DNA from: Minutocellus sp. GHC0000111
Taxonomy: Eukaryota
DNA: 64,000 bases
Assembly: GCA_977018835.1 (NCBI GenBank)
Contig: OZ361256.1
Span: forward strand, 744,001-808,000
Reading direction: 5' to 3'
Every line of letters starts with the position of its first letter. Within the stretch, counting starts at the first letter, position 1. Below, one piece after another: positions 1 through 12,126 of the stretch. Position numbers and translations under genes: made by a program. The notes under the pieces are model-generated. The model searched no databases. It was not told the DNA's origin and saw only the letters and a program-made list of their open reading frames with translations.

Positions 1-1
1 A

Positions 2-1156
2 ACCACTGCAGCCACATCATCCAATACCATTGGACACCAAACGAATCCAAATCATCAAGCCACAGTTCGTAATGGTGTCTCCCTTGCCCTTGATCCCGTT
101 ACCTGGAGAAAAAGCATGACCAACGATCGGTCTACTTCGATAGCTGCATCAGTCAGCCGTCCAGTCCCATTGCGGAAGATGCTCTTCTCGGCGACACTCA
201 CTCGTGATCCTCAGAAACTTGCTTCTCTTGGACTTGTCAATCCAAAGCATTTTGATGCTCACCATTTGAATGTCAAGGCTGGGATGGAGGCCAAGGGTGG
301 GGGTGATATGGGTATGGACCACCACGTGCGTGCCTCTACTCAGAGATATTCCGTACCTCCAAGTTTATCGGAGCATAAGCTCGTTTATACTGCAGAACAG
401 AAGCCACTGGTTCTTATGGCGCTTTTGCTTCAGCATATATCTGACGCAAGGCAAACTAAAAAGAGACGGGGCAACATGGTTGTGGTCTTTACGTCCAGTC
501 TGGATTCCACCCATCGGCTGGCACGTCTGCTGCAGCTTCTGTGGAGTGCGGCCGGATATGGACCTACCACCGTGATCGCAGAATTCTCGAGTGCTCTTTC
601 GCAAAAACAACGATCAAAGCTGATGAGACGGTGCGCTGTTCCAGTGGTTTCTTCGGGCGAAGATCAGAATCGAGTATCTGTTATAATTTGCTCGGATGGT
701 ATGTCAAGAGGAATGGATCTACCGAACGTCGGTGCAGTCACCAATTATGATGTCCCTCGATATGCCAAAACCTATGTCCACCGATGTGGTAGAACCGCAC
801 GAGCGGGCAAGGAGGGCAGGGCTATTAGCGTATTGAAAGGTGGCCAGGTGGGACAATTCGTGAAGATGCGTAAGCTTATTGATGATCCTAGTCGAGTGGA
901 GGAAATGAAATTGAAGAAGGAGCTTGTCGGTGGTGCCATTGGTGTCTATCAAGCGTGTATGAAAGCATTACGAGGTGTTATCGATGCCGAGGAAAGTGGT
1001 GACTTAGAAGCTGCGGCTCCATTGACGGATGAGTGGGTGCCGCGAGTAAAGTGTGCAAAGCCGGCTGGCAGTGACTCCGCAGCTTCCAGTAGATCCAGCG
1101 GCAGCGATATTTCCAGTGAGGAAGAGGATGCGATTGAGCTGGGCGAGCAAGGATAG
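2..1156 (+). CDS. DDX51: DEAD-box RNA helicase, DDX51/Dbp6-like (5'-partial)
   Basis: Frame open from the window start. Motif III in [20 protein letters not shown] (typical of Dbp6/DDX51), motif V SRGMD, motif [12 protein letters not shown]. Confidence 0.85.
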   Translation, partial: TTAATSSNTIGHQTNPNHQATVRNGVSLALDPVTWRKSMTNDRSTSIAASVSRPVPLRKMLFSATLTRDPQKLASLGLVNPKHFDAHHLNVKAGMEAKGGGDMGMDHHVRASTQRYSVPPSLSEHKLVYTAEQKPLVLMALLLQHISDARQTKKRRGNMVVVFTSSLDSTHRLARLLQLLWSAAGYGPTTVIAEFSSALSQKQRSKLMRRCAVPVVSSGEDQNRVSVIICSDGMSRGMDLPNVGAVTNYDVPRYAKTYVHRCGRTARAGKEGRAISVLKGGQVGQFVKMRKLIDDPSRVEEMKLKKELVGGAIGVYQACMKALRGVIDAEESGDLEAAAPLTDEWVPRVKCAKPAGSDSAASSRSSGSDISSEEEDAIELGEQG

Positions 1157-1404
1157 ATCTAGAATGACGAGAGCATGCTGGAGGAATAGGTGACATCGGT
1201 TTTATCAATGCATCGTATTGCAAAGAGTGAACGTTCTAATTTTACGTGAGGAATCGCTGATTGGATATCTGTAGTCTACCCTATTAGCTAAAAACTAAGG
1301 GAAGAGCATGTATCGCAAAGGCGGGCACGCTAAAAGAGCAGCCGTGCATAAAAATCATACTTGATGAAGAATGTGCAGGAAGACAAAAGAAAGAACCACA
1401 AAAT

Positions 1405-1499
1405 TCCGCTGAGGAGGAATCGAACCTCCGACCGATGGATAACTTTTCGCCTGTTGGCGCCTCTACAGTCCACCGCTCTACCAACTGAGCTATCAGCGG
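1405..1499 (-). tRNA. tRNA-Tyr(GUA) with 22-nt intron (1441-1462)
   Basis: Reverse complement folds as a cloverleaf: acceptor CCGCTGA/TCAGCGG, D arm GCTC-AGTTGGTA-GAGC, anticodon GTA (1464-1466), intron after position 37, T arm GGAGG-TTCGATT-CCTCC, discriminator A. Confidence 0.95.
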
Positions 1500-1847
1500 G
1501 ATTGGCTGACGGGAAGCGGTCATCACGGTTCAAAATCTCTAAAAAATAATTAGTAATTGATTTGATTCATTCCATGAGAGATTGTGAAGGAAAGGTGAGG
1601 GGTTTGGGTTGAAGGATATTCATTTCGTGGTAAGTCTTCGCAAGTTGCAGGCGAATGTCGAAGTGCGTTTTTCGTCTTCGTCACCGCCATCGTCGCATCA
1701 TTCGATCATGGCGCATGGCGCGCATCAATGAGTTCGTCCGCCGTCCGTTCTGAAAGCTTCGATTCGCTTGAAAGTCGCTTGGAAGGCAGCGATGCATAAT
1801 AGCTACGTAGCATAGATTGAACTCAAGTTGCAATTGCAAAGTGAATT

Positions 1848-3485
1848 ATGCCCTCGAAAAGGAAAGGGAGCAGCAATTCGTCAGGAAATGATGGTGATTC
1901 ATCGCCATCGCCCCCAGATGCTGAGGCTGACCAAACCCGACCGCCGGCATCGGCATCGGCACCGCATCACCAACCGCTCGTTCCTGGCACTGTCCTCCGA
2001 AGTGAGCGGGCTACAAAGATTAAGGTGGAGGCCAACCTCGGTCGGGATCTGGGAATATTTGCGCTGCTTCTCGTTGGGCTGGTCGTGGTGTCCCTCTCCC
2101 TGGGAGGAGTTGGCAATGTTGATGAAGAAACGCTCAAAAAACGATTAGAAAAGGCCAAGGATGGCACTTCCCAGGCGCGAATGTGGCCCGGACAGCGCAT
2201 TAAAGCGGGGTACAGTGAGTGGAGTACTTGGATGGGACAAATCATAAAGGACCTGGATTATATGCCCGAGGAAGAGGAACGGTGCAAGCTCTACGTTGCC
2301 GATTCGTCGATCCCTGTTGGTGTCGGTGTCGGTGTCGATGATGAAAATTTGAAGCTGTTGGAGGGATTCGGAGCTGGACCTGGATATGGATATGGATTGT
2401 ATGCAGGGAAAACTATTCGAGAGGGAGAAGTGGTGGTAGATGCTGGTGTTCAGCTTACTGCCGCTGTAGATGGTGAAAGCTACCAAATGCCGCAGCATGC
2501 AATGATAATCAAGCCTCATCCCACGGCGTCGAATGTTCAGTTTGTGGCCAACGAGCAGCATTATATTGCTCTCAGAAACATTCGGCCAGGAGAAGAATTA
2601 TTTGTCGACATGCCCTCGTCAGAATCGGTCTACTTTTCTTTATTCGAGCATCTTCCAACTCGTGAAAGTTATCGTCTTGCGCAAGAAATACTGACGAATG
2701 AATTGGATGATCTGACAAAGAAAAATTCTCCAGAGGCATCCTCCAAGGATAAAATTATGCCGGCGAGATCGCAGAGATCTCGGGGCCCAAACAAAAAGCC
2801 GAAACGGAGAGACAATACAGAAAAGGTTGACGAAAAGTCGTTGCGTTTGATCCAAAAAATTGTTGCTCGCTTTGATCACTTGGCTTCTCTGCACCTTCCA
2901 GAAACGTCGGCGAAGCTGGAAGTGGCCAAGACATTCGGCATCGACGCAGCAGTACTGAACAATCGCACAATGCCCCAAGTGTATCGTCAGGGACAGTGCT
3001 TTGATGGTGCGAAGCCCATTGCTGGCATATCCATTGATGAGGAAAGAAGGGGGGCATTATTAAAGCGAAATGTGACAAAGGGCGAAATAATCATGTCGAT
3101 CCCTTTGCTTGCTGTTGAAAAGGCGGGCACAAGCGCCAAGCATGCTTGCTTCAAAATTGATGATGATGATGATTCGTCATCTTTCCTTTGTTCATTGTCT
3201 AAGGTCGGAGCAATTGTTAGGTACACAGAACTGAATGCGTCGGTCGTGTCGGAGAGAGGAGACAAATGTGAAGGATGTCCAAACGCCGCGTACAATTGGT
3301 CATCCTGGAATCCGTCGCATAATCTTGTAAGGGAATTGGGTGTTGCGAAGGCAAGCGAGGATTTCCCCTTTGCGCTATCTTTGGATATTATCGCAGCACA
3401 AGACATGGAAGAGGGCACAGAAATTTTATTGCAATCCAATTCCCTTCCAAAGGCGTCTGTAATTGCTCCAGAGGGCGTGGAATAG
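1848..3485 (+). CDS. Membrane-anchored protein with two SET-domain-like regions
   Basis: 545-aa ORF with a single TM (LGIFALLLVGLVVVSLSL). SET-like motifs GYGLYAGKTIREGE...YIALRNIRPGEELFVD, and a second copy RGALLKRNVTKGEII...IIAAQDMEEGTEILL. Confidence 0.7.
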   Translation: MPSKRKGSSNSSGNDGDSSPSPPDAEADQTRPPASASAPHHQPLVPGTVLRSERATKIKVEANLGRDLGIFALLLVGLVVVSLSLGGVGNVDEETLKKRLEKAKDGTSQARMWPGQRIKAGYSEWSTWMGQIIKDLDYMPEEEERCKLYVADSSIPVGVGVGVDDENLKLLEGFGAGPGYGYGLYAGKTIREGEVVVDAGVQLTAAVDGESYQMPQHAMIIKPHPTASNVQFVANEQHYIALRNIRPGEELFVDMPSSESVYFSLFEHLPTRESYRLAQEILTNELDDLTKKNSPEASSKDKIMPARSQRSRGPNKKPKRRDNTEKVDEKSLRLIQKIVARFDHLASLHLPETSAKLEVAKTFGIDAAVLNNRTMPQVYRQGQCFDGAKPIAGISIDEERRGALLKRNVTKGEIIMSIPLLAVEKAGTSAKHACFKIDDDDDSSSFLCSLSKVGAIVRYTELNASVVSERGDKCEGCPNAAYNWSSWNPSHNLVRELGVAKASEDFPFALSLDIIAAQDMEEGTEILLQSNSLPKASVIAPEGVE

Positions 3486-3558
3486 GGAATATCATCAGAA
3501 GTATAGTGGCTAGAAATACCATTTAGGTACTCGTCAAGATTTCACACTAATTTACAAT

Positions 3559-5541
3559 TTACTTCTTTCGTAACGAATCTTTCGCTCTATTGTCTTCACT
3601 TCCATCGTGTGCCATGAGCAAAAGCTTTTCCAACTCTTGGACCATTTCACTCGCTGATATTCTCCGCTGAGGATTTCTCTCGTATGCCCTACCAATCAAA
3701 TCTGCCAACGCCTTGTCGCTTGGTTCTACCTTGAATTCGTCAGGTATTGGTGGCTTTTGGCCATTCATCACCAACTTCTTAATCGAACGATTATTGCTAT
3801 CGGCAAAATGTCTACGACCCGTGAGGATGCCATATAAAACGTTCGCGCCAGAATAGACGTCAATCTTTTCGGTAAGCTTCATTTGACTGTACTCTTCTGG
3901 AGAACGATTGGCACCGGGGGCCGACGGAATCTTTACGGGGCATGTTTCGCCATCCTTGTCACCATCCTTGCGTGGCAACATTCTGCAACGATTGAAGTCG
4001 TTTATTCGAATGGTTTTCGCCAATGGGTCAAGAAGAAATTGCTTCGCTTGGAGATCAGCATGGACTATTGGACCACCATCGATTTCGTGCAATTCTGCGA
4101 TGCCTCGAAACACATCGAGTGCGAGTCTTATTCGTCCAGCAGAAGTATCCCTTGTCAACTCTGGCAGCGTATCAAGAAGTCCTTTCAATTCTTTGTCTTC
4201 TGCTGCTTCTTCTTTTTCTCCTTCCGCTTCTACCTCGTCATCGAGGTATATAAAGTCGTCTAGTGTACGGCCAACGTACTCACTGAGGACAGAGTTCCCA
4301 CAATATGCGAAAATGTCCACAACATATTTAGATGATGATAGGCGTTCCATGACAAGCGCATCTCTTCGGTGCCGATCATTATTGCGGAAATCGTATGGAT
4401 GTTCCTGTTTCATCGCCTTGAGAACGGCGGGTGGTGCAACATCATCATAATCATCTTCCTTGTTTTGGTCAGATCCAATCACTGCAGCTTCTCCTCGCGG
4501 ATCAACTTTCCAGACATCCCGCCACAAACCTGACCCGACGTAGCCTGTCAATTTACCGCCCTCAGCAGCTGCTGCCATGGCTACTGAATCAATATTTCTC
4601 CGTCTTGGGTTGTAGCCCTGTCGCAAACCAATTTCATGAATCTCATTACAATTGGGATATGATGACCTCACCCAGCTATCCAACGGATAGGCACAACCCG
4701 CCGGCAGTTTATCATTGACGCCATCCTTTCTTTTTCCCCCTTTACGATTTTTTGGGCCCTTCTTGTTCCTGTCGCCTGCAGCTGATCCCAAGGCATGGTG
4801 AGAATCCCGATCATTCTCTTGTCGCAATAACGTTAATTTGTCCAATAGACTGCTTGTTGAATCTTCGTCCGATGCCGACGCCAACGTGGAACCACCCAAA
4901 TCGTCACTGTCTGCACTGATCCGGGCAAGTACCCAAAGCAACACTGAACACAGCAAACCAATAGTTGCCTTCTTGCTTCCGCAGATAGCTGGAGCGTGAT
5001 GCTCGACAACGCGAAATATGAGACAAAGTATCCTCCGAACCTTGCCCATCTTTCCATCATCTGGACCCCGTGTGTACGTGTACCCCAGACCAGGGCGTCT
5101 TCTTTTTCGATTATAATGGTACGGTGAATCGTCGTCGTCGTCGTCAACGTTGTCGTCGTTGATATTCTCGCTATCATTATAACCATTACGCTCGTCAATG
5201 CGCAAGTGAACATCACGAGCGTGGTCGCTGCCATGCCGACTGTTCGCAGGGGTTCGCGAATTTCGTCGATGGCGAAGACCTCGAAACAGCGTATCTCGGA
5301 AGGCACCAAGTTGATCTGCCAAGCCTACGTTATGCCGATGCCTTGCACTATCAAAAGACGACGACGATGAGTAGGAGTCTTCGTCACTCGAATAATAATA
5401 ACTGCTCCCACTTGCGCTTGCGCTTGAGGATGAGCCGCCGCTGCTGCTGTGGCTGTCATTGTCGGATGAGGCATTGCGACTTCTGTAGTCATCTTCCCCG
5501 TCGGAGGACCACCTCTCTCGCAACTGATCGTCACCCTCCAT
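3559..5541 (-). CDS. Type II membrane protein kinase, PKDCC/VLK-like
   Basis: Likely ATG at 5541 (MEGDDQ). TM ATIGLLCSVLLWVLA. Kinase motifs GSGLWRDV, AVLK, HADLQAKQF, NDFN, RSPEE, DVYS. Confidence 0.8.
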   Translation of the reverse strand: MEGDDQLRERWSSDGEDDYRSRNASSDNDSHSSSGGSSSSASASGSSYYYSSDEDSYSSSSSFDSARHRHNVGLADQLGAFRDTLFRGLRHRRNSRTPANSRHGSDHARDVHLRIDERNGYNDSENINDDNVDDDDDDSPYHYNRKRRRPGLGYTYTRGPDDGKMGKVRRILCLIFRVVEHHAPAICGSKKATIGLLCSVLLWVLARISADSDDLGGSTLASASDEDSTSSLLDKLTLLRQENDRDSHHALGSAAGDRNKKGPKNRKGGKRKDGVNDKLPAGCAYPLDSWVRSSYPNCNEIHEIGLRQGYNPRRRNIDSVAMAAAAEGGKLTGYVGSGLWRDVWKVDPRGEAAVIGSDQNKEDDYDDVAPPAVLKAMKQEHPYDFRNNDRHRRDALVMERLSSSKYVVDIFAYCGNSVLSEYVGRTLDDFIYLDDEVEAEGEKEEAAEDKELKGLLDTLPELTRDTSAGRIRLALDVFRGIAELHEIDGGPIVHADLQAKQFLLDPLAKTIRINDFNRCRMLPRKDGDKDGETCPVKIPSAPGANRSPEEYSQMKLTEKIDVYSGANVLYGILTGRRHFADSNNRSIKKLVMNGQKPPIPDEFKVEPSDKALADLIGRAYERNPQRRISASEMVQELEKLLLMAHDGSEDNRAKDSLRKK

Positions 5542-5820
5542 GAGTCTTTGGTTGTTGTGGCGGTTGACTTGACTCCTCCTCGCTGGCCAATGCCGCTCAT
5601 TCAAAATGCAATACCCAGCGTTCAACGTTGGCCAGTCCAGCGACGCGAGCCGCCAGCGCTAGCGCCATCATGTGCTCTTTCCTTCGTCCGTAGGAACCTA
5701 GCCGTCTCCATCGCAGCTCAGGCGTCACTCGGCAGTTTGCAAGTTGCAGGTTCGGTTGGCTCGCTCACTGCCGTTTGCATTGCGGTGATCAGTATAAGAG
5801 TATTGCTTGTTCAGGCTATA

Positions 5821-6490
5821 ATGAGGAAACAAACCATCGCTCTCGCCGTAGCGCTGTGGCGTTTTGTGTGCTTAGTTCAGGCATTTCAGATCTCGTCACC
5901 TCAAAAATCGAAAGTGGCATCATCGGCATCAGCATCAGCACCAGCAACTTCTAGTAGTAGCAGCAGTACGAGTAAAAGCCGAGTCAAGCCCATCCCATAC
6001 ATCGCCACAACCTCAACGGTAGAACACAGCCGAGCGTTATCGCAGTACATTCGACAAGGTGATCGCGTTTTGGAGCTCGGCACGCAGCTGGATTCGTGTA
6101 CAGAAACAATTCGAGGCGCGATTGGGGAAGAAGGGCACGGTGTGTTTGTTGATGTCAAACGCACAGAGACCACTTAACTCACTTATTGCAAGCCATTTGA
6201 GGAAGACTGGGAGGACAAGCTTCTTGCCAAGTTTAATGCCTCCAACTAGTTTAGTAACGGCCGCGTTGGTTTCAGCAGAAAGCATATTGAGTGGCTTTGA
6301 CGTATTATACGCCGATATTGGTGGTCTATCGGGACCGGATGGTATCCTGGAATCACTTTCATTGATCGATGGACTAAGCTATGCACTGGAGCCACGATGC
6401 ATTGTAATAAAGAGTCTATGCATGCGCCGATTGGCCTCCAGTTTGAGGGCTTACTCAGATGTCTGGGAAAAGAACCAGAAGTACATGTAG
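5821..6490 (+). pseudogene. Plastid-targeted SAM-methyltransferase-like protein, disrupted near 6175
   Basis: Signal peptide ending VQA-FQI followed by a Ser-rich transit peptide. Motif GDRVLELGTQL...VFVDV, then a TAA at 6175. C-terminal part FDVLYADIGGLSG...RCIVIKS is in another frame. No convincing intron found. Confidence 0.5.
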
Positions 6491-7988
6491 AGTGATTTCA
6501 CGAGAGAGCAGACACCCCCTCCGCGATGTTTCGTAAACATTGTACCAACTTCCTTTTATTGATGATCCTTACTCAGAAGGGTATTGTAGACCATAATCAA
6601 CAATAAAAGGAAGTTGGTACAATGATCTTGGTGCTCTTTTAGCACATGATATAGATACGGTATTAGAGTGTTTCTTTTGGTACACTATTGTTTGAAAATT
6701 TATTTTTATGTCGTAGAATACACTTGTGCTGTTTCAAGAAAGAAAAAATACATCAAACTTTATAACGAAACAAAACCCATTTCGTTCAACGAATGGGGCC
6801 ACAACATGTGTCGCCGACGTGCCTCCCATTGAGAACAATCAAGACTACGGGGCACCATACCCTTGTAATAGCCTTTCACAACACTGTGGTGCAGCAGGAG
6901 ACTTGCAATTACTTTTTTGAGCCTTGAAAAATTCGTTCGCGTTAGACCCGATTTTTTCGACAGTTTCCGACGTTCCATCACGACCATGTTCGCCCGATGT
7001 ACAGCACCACCCCGGCCATCGCATACACTCTGACCACCTAGATGCCTTCCTGAATATTACTGGAAGGGATTTTTGGGCGATAGCGGTGCGTCGGTGCGTG
7101 CCTGTACCGCGAAATGTGGCCCAGCGCCATTACCACCCCCATTACACCACCCATCCGAAAGTTGGTCCGGATGCTTTTATGCGGTCCATGCACCACTTCC
7201 GTTGCACTGAGCCGTCGACGCTTCACCCATATATATACCAAGCGCATTTGAGTGGGGGGTGGTGGCATTTCTTGACAATTCATAGAGAAAACTATTCCCA
7301 AAGTCCCGTGTCTGATGTCGGCACCAGATTTCACCTTCATTGCTTCTGCCGCCCGAGAGGAACGAAACCGGAGAAAGCGGCCAAACCAACACGTGAGATC
7401 GATGGATGTAATATAGAATGAGCATCGTGCGTGCTGATATTGCGTGAAGGAACAGTGGTTGAGGCTTGAAGGGGGTTGTAGTTGGGGATTTGCTACTTTC
7501 AGATGTTTTTGCTTTCCATGGTGACGGCCACAATGATACAAAGATGGGGCCCAATATCGACCCTCTGGCGCAAACTTGCTCCCAATATTACCCAAGTGAA
7601 AGTAATGCCGGTCAGGGAGGATTGAAATGGATGTAGACAAGCATCAGCCATCATTCTTTGCCATTTTGAGGGTAAAAAAATATTGAAAATTTCTGGGCAT
7701 GAGGAGATGTTGCTAAAATAGCACATGATGTACGAATGAGTTTGCTTTCAAGTATGCAATACTCACCTAACGCATGTAGTTGGCGTATACATCGGTTGGC
7801 TTGGAGTTATTTATCGTTATACCATCATTTGGTGGCCTTCTTGTGGAGATGAATTCTCCTTGCTTTCGCCGTGTTGAGAGAGGCCATTTAGTGGGTTCAT
7901 TTTTGCGCTGCATAAAGTATCGCACAAAAAAATTTCCTAGTGCCTTACTATTTACGGCGATTTTGTCGGCGGTCTCGTGGAATCACTC
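6490..7988. mobile_element. Non-autonomous TIR DNA transposon, Sola-like, copy 1
   Basis: 16-bp TIR GAGTGATTTCACGAGA / GAGTGATTCCACGAGA (15/16 match), 4-bp TSD TGTA (6486-6489 and 7989-7992), near-identical second copy at 35702-37199, no recognisable transposase. Confidence 0.9.
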
Positions 7989-8332
7989 TGTAAACAGAAT
8001 TTACATTTGTAGAAAATCTAGATAGATCTAGATCAGATCTCTAGTCTCTCTGCCGGTACATGCACCGACCGGTAGACTCTAGCTAGCTACACATGTAGAA
8101 GCTAGGAATTCCTAGCTACCGGTAGATCTACCGGTAATACAGTCAGGCGCATCAGCTTCTGCTGAAGGCGGCGTCTGCTGCCAGCAGTCTTTGACGGACG
8201 ACGGAAAGATGACCATTGATTTTCGGAGCGGCCGGCCCGCGGCCGAAGGACCACAAGAATGGACATTACAACGGCGCAACAGTCGATCGGCATCGACAGC
8301 TTCGCAACCGCTAGCTAGGTAGCTAGGCTGAC

Positions 8333-11300
8333 ATGATTCGGCATATTTTACTTCGCCGGTCGTCCTCGAGAGCATTACCAGCGACTCATGCGTCCATTCG
8401 TCATGTGACGATCTCGGGCAGTACCCGATGCTGCTGCGTCTGCCCCCCGACCCATCCGGCGATGGTCACTGCGTCCCTTGCATCAGATCTATCCTCACGC
8501 CGCCGAACATTTGCAAGTCGAGGCAGAGATAGAACTACTACAATCAAAGGAGTACCGGGCAGGAGCACTGAAAATGTTGAGGAAGTGGCTCGTTCGCTTC
8601 TGATCCGGCCACCAAATAATGCAGTCGATCATGATTACAAGGGCAAGCTCAGGCTCAAACCTCACTCATTTGGAATTGGTGGATTTGTTGCTGAGAATGT
8701 TCAGGAGGTATCCACCAGCAGTGAAATGGCGCAAACACCTGCAAGATTTGATGAAGCGCGTGCCGTTATTCGACACTACGGGGGAACTCGCGGCGATCGC
8801 ACGTCCCTCCGTCTGCTTGAGCGAGAATCGACGGATAACATTGTGGCAGCAAAACGAGAAAATCGATTGCTCATACCACCTGGTATCATGATGATTACGT
8901 CCTCGAGTATGGAGAAAGTGAGGCTAACTCCCGCTGAATTGTGCTACTCGATATTAACCTTTCATATTTTGCCCATGGAGCGTTCAACACAGCTACTTTC
9001 CAAGGATGTGAGCAATACAATACATTTGGTTGGGCTGACTATTCAGGCACTGTCAAGGGAAAGCAAGGCAGGCAGGGACTTGAGATTGGGTAGCGAAGGC
9101 GACGCAGCTGCTGCATCATTTGCATCTAACAAGCAGCGCCGTGATCCTCTCCGAAATGCCAAGCTGGTTGATGAATGCTTACGGCGTTTGATTACAGCAG
9201 AAATGCACGTTTCGGCGGACGATGATCTCGAGTATGATCGGATTTGCTACAGTATGACGAAACTTTACAATATGGCAATGAGTTCTTGGGCAGCTGCTGC
9301 ATCTTCAACTAACACAGGTGCAGGCCGTGAAGTCTCCAGGGAAGCAGCACTTCGGGCTGAGAGATTGTTACTGGAGATGGCGAATGCGGGGGCAGAAGGC
9401 CAGGCCGGTTTCGAAGAGGATGAATGGCTGGGATTGAAGTCGCCGAAACAACAACGAGAGAGCGTGGCGCTCATGGAATTCGTACGGCCTGATTCAGTTT
9501 CCTTCAATACTGTGATCTCTGCTTGGACCAATAGCTTGAGACGGGAACGTGGGGCGGGTGGCGGCCGTCGGAGGGATACGGGTGGTCGCAGCGCCCGCCA
9601 AAACGAGCATGAAGATGATGCCGCTGAGCGGGCAGATGCAATCCTACAATTGATGGTAGATCTTCGCACCGACGAGGAATGCAATAGTACCAAAGACGTC
9701 TCTCGTGCAGGTCCCACCGCTCTTAGCTTTGGTTTAGTCATGCAGGCTTGGTCTAGATGTGGTCAAGCGAGTGCAGTCGACAACATCGAGAGGCTCTTGG
9801 AACAGATGAAGGAGCAAAATATTGCCACCAATCCTCGTATATACTCCACTGTTCTGTCAGCTTATTCCAAAGCAAACTTGCCTGACGCAGTGGAACGAGC
9901 TGATCGCCTTGTTGCTGAAATGCCAAGGGAGTATGTGAACACAGTTGTTTACAACACATTGGTGGGGATCCACGCTGTTGTGAAGAAGCGCAGTTGGTCT
10001 GATCGCTACCGAAGCTGTGAGCGAATCGATGAGATTATCAACGATATGCCTACATCTGCTTCTATTGGATCTCTTGAAGATGACAACAAAATTTATGAGA
10101 GAGCACCTGATGAGATTACGTACGGAACGGCTTTAATTGCATGGACACTTGCGGCAAGGGACGCGTCGAAGAAGGTGTCCCTGGAAATTTTGAGAAACTG
10201 TGCCGAGCGCTCCCGTCACTACCTCGATGAACTTATTTACATGCGACGCCATTATGGAGAGGCATCTCGGGTGTCTTTACACTATGTCAACGATGTTTTA
10301 GGTGCCTATAGAGCAGCCCGAATGCCCTTGGAAGCGGAAGAGCTATTGCAATATGTCAAGAAGAATCATCCTGTTACTCCTCTACCAGATTCTACTTCAT
10401 ACGCCATCGTTATTGACGCGCATGGAAACAATGCCGACAAGCTCCGTTGGCTCAGAGAGTTCGAGGATTCAATTCCTGAAAGTCGACGCAGGTACGATCA
10501 TCAAGATGGGACACAACAATACAATGCTGTGATCGACGGCTTTTGTCGGTCAGGAGAAGTAGAGCAAGCAGAGGCAGTCCTCTTTGAGCTTATTGATCGG
10601 TATAAAGTTGCAGCGGAAGAAGCAAAAGCGAATGGTGACCAGATCGTACGATGTGCGAAACCAAATGTCCATTCGTTTGCGTCCATTATTTCTTACCTCC
10701 TAAAGCAATCCTCTCGCGACCCCGAAAACACAGAGTCCTACATAAGACGAATAGAGTCCTTGGTAGACAAGATCGAGCAGCTGCACGAATCTACTTTGGA
10801 AAAGACATTGGTACCAGTAGTCAAAAGGGCAAAAGTCAGACCCAACTGCCTCATTTACAACATGATGATTTCGAGTTACCGCAGTATGGATGATAAAGTC
10901 GAAGCATGGGCAAGGGCTGAAGCTGTCCTTTCAAGGATGAAGAAGTACTGCAAACCAGACAAATACACGGTAAGCACTCTCTTGACCCTACTCACCTCGG
11001 CCCCCGACGACGACGACGATAATTCAGATGGACTCGGGTCAAAGGCTACAAAATTTCTCAGACAGGTAGTAGGATCCAGCGACAGCAAGATAACCGTCGA
11101 CTCCGTGATTTTCAATGATGTTCTCAAGGCATTTGTCAGAGAAGGCAAACTGACAAAGGCTGATGAATTTTTCGCCATAATGCCGTCAAAAGATTTGTGG
11201 TCGTACTCAATTCTCATAAGCGGATATGGGAGAGCCAATAATGGTGTCCGAGCTATGGAATTATTTGATGAAATGGTCGCGGTGGACATTCGGCCAGATC

Positions 11301-11927
11301 CCAAAGTCGTGGAGTAGTGAGTATACAATTGTTTTGGCGGTATTCTGTTTTGCGCATGCAAAAGCATGTGTTCTGCACCTCAAAACTCTCCGCTCCCGAT
11401 TCCTTACCCATTTTTTTTTTCACCAAATAAAACTTCGTATTTTCAGCGTAATGTTGGCACAGCTCGAGCAACCCGATGCGCTGTCAATTCTGAATGCCTT
11501 TCTCGAGAGAATGACAAAGACTCATGGAGATATCATTACCACACGCCATTACGATATCATTTTACAATGTTGTGCCAGGTGTGAGCCAGAATCCAATACT
11601 AGTATTGCTCTCCAGACTGCACTTGACGCCTATGCCTTACTAGAAGCCAATAGAGACGGCACATTTCTGCCGAGCGCCGTGACTTATTCGCATCTGATGA
11701 ATACCATCGGTAATCAACTGCCTAAGACAGATAAGCGTCGCGAGGCGTTGCTGATTCGAATATTCAAAAAAGCGAAAAACGAGGGTTGTGTTTCTTATTA
11801 TGTTTACAGTGCTCTTAGGCGGTGTTTAACGAACAAGGTTGCTTACGATATCTTGCGACCGGCGGTGTCCAAAACTGGCGAATTATCTTATGATACTGTG
11901 CCAAAAGAGTGGAAAAGGCGTTGTTGA
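8333..11927 (+). CDS. Pentatricopeptide repeat (PPR) protein, probably organellar; intron 11317-11446
   Basis: Multiple PPR motifs (SFNTVISAW, YNAVIDGFCRSGEVEQAEAVLFEL, SYSILISGYGRANNGVRAMELFDEM). A GTGAGT...TTTCAG intron joins the two ORFs in frame (VVEY-VMLAQ). Arg/Ser-rich N-terminus. Confidence 0.88.
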
Positions 11928-12126
11928 GATATCAATTTGGTAAAGGGTTAGATCTACTGTTTTCTCAAGCTGCAGTTTCGATCCAAACTTCTACAATGTA
12001 AAATAGCATGAGAACAAACTACAGTATAGCATGAGGTGCACCTCAATGGAGTGACATCGATCCCTGACCTGTAGTTGCAGCTGTAGTTTGTAGCTTCTCT
12101 TGGAAACACCTGGAAAGTGAAGAGCA

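Noticed and set aside
6726..7726. Short ORFs inside the Sola-like elements as a transposase or Fanzor/TnpB
   Set aside because: No DDE/DDD, RuvC or zinc-ribbon motif recognised in any listed frame.
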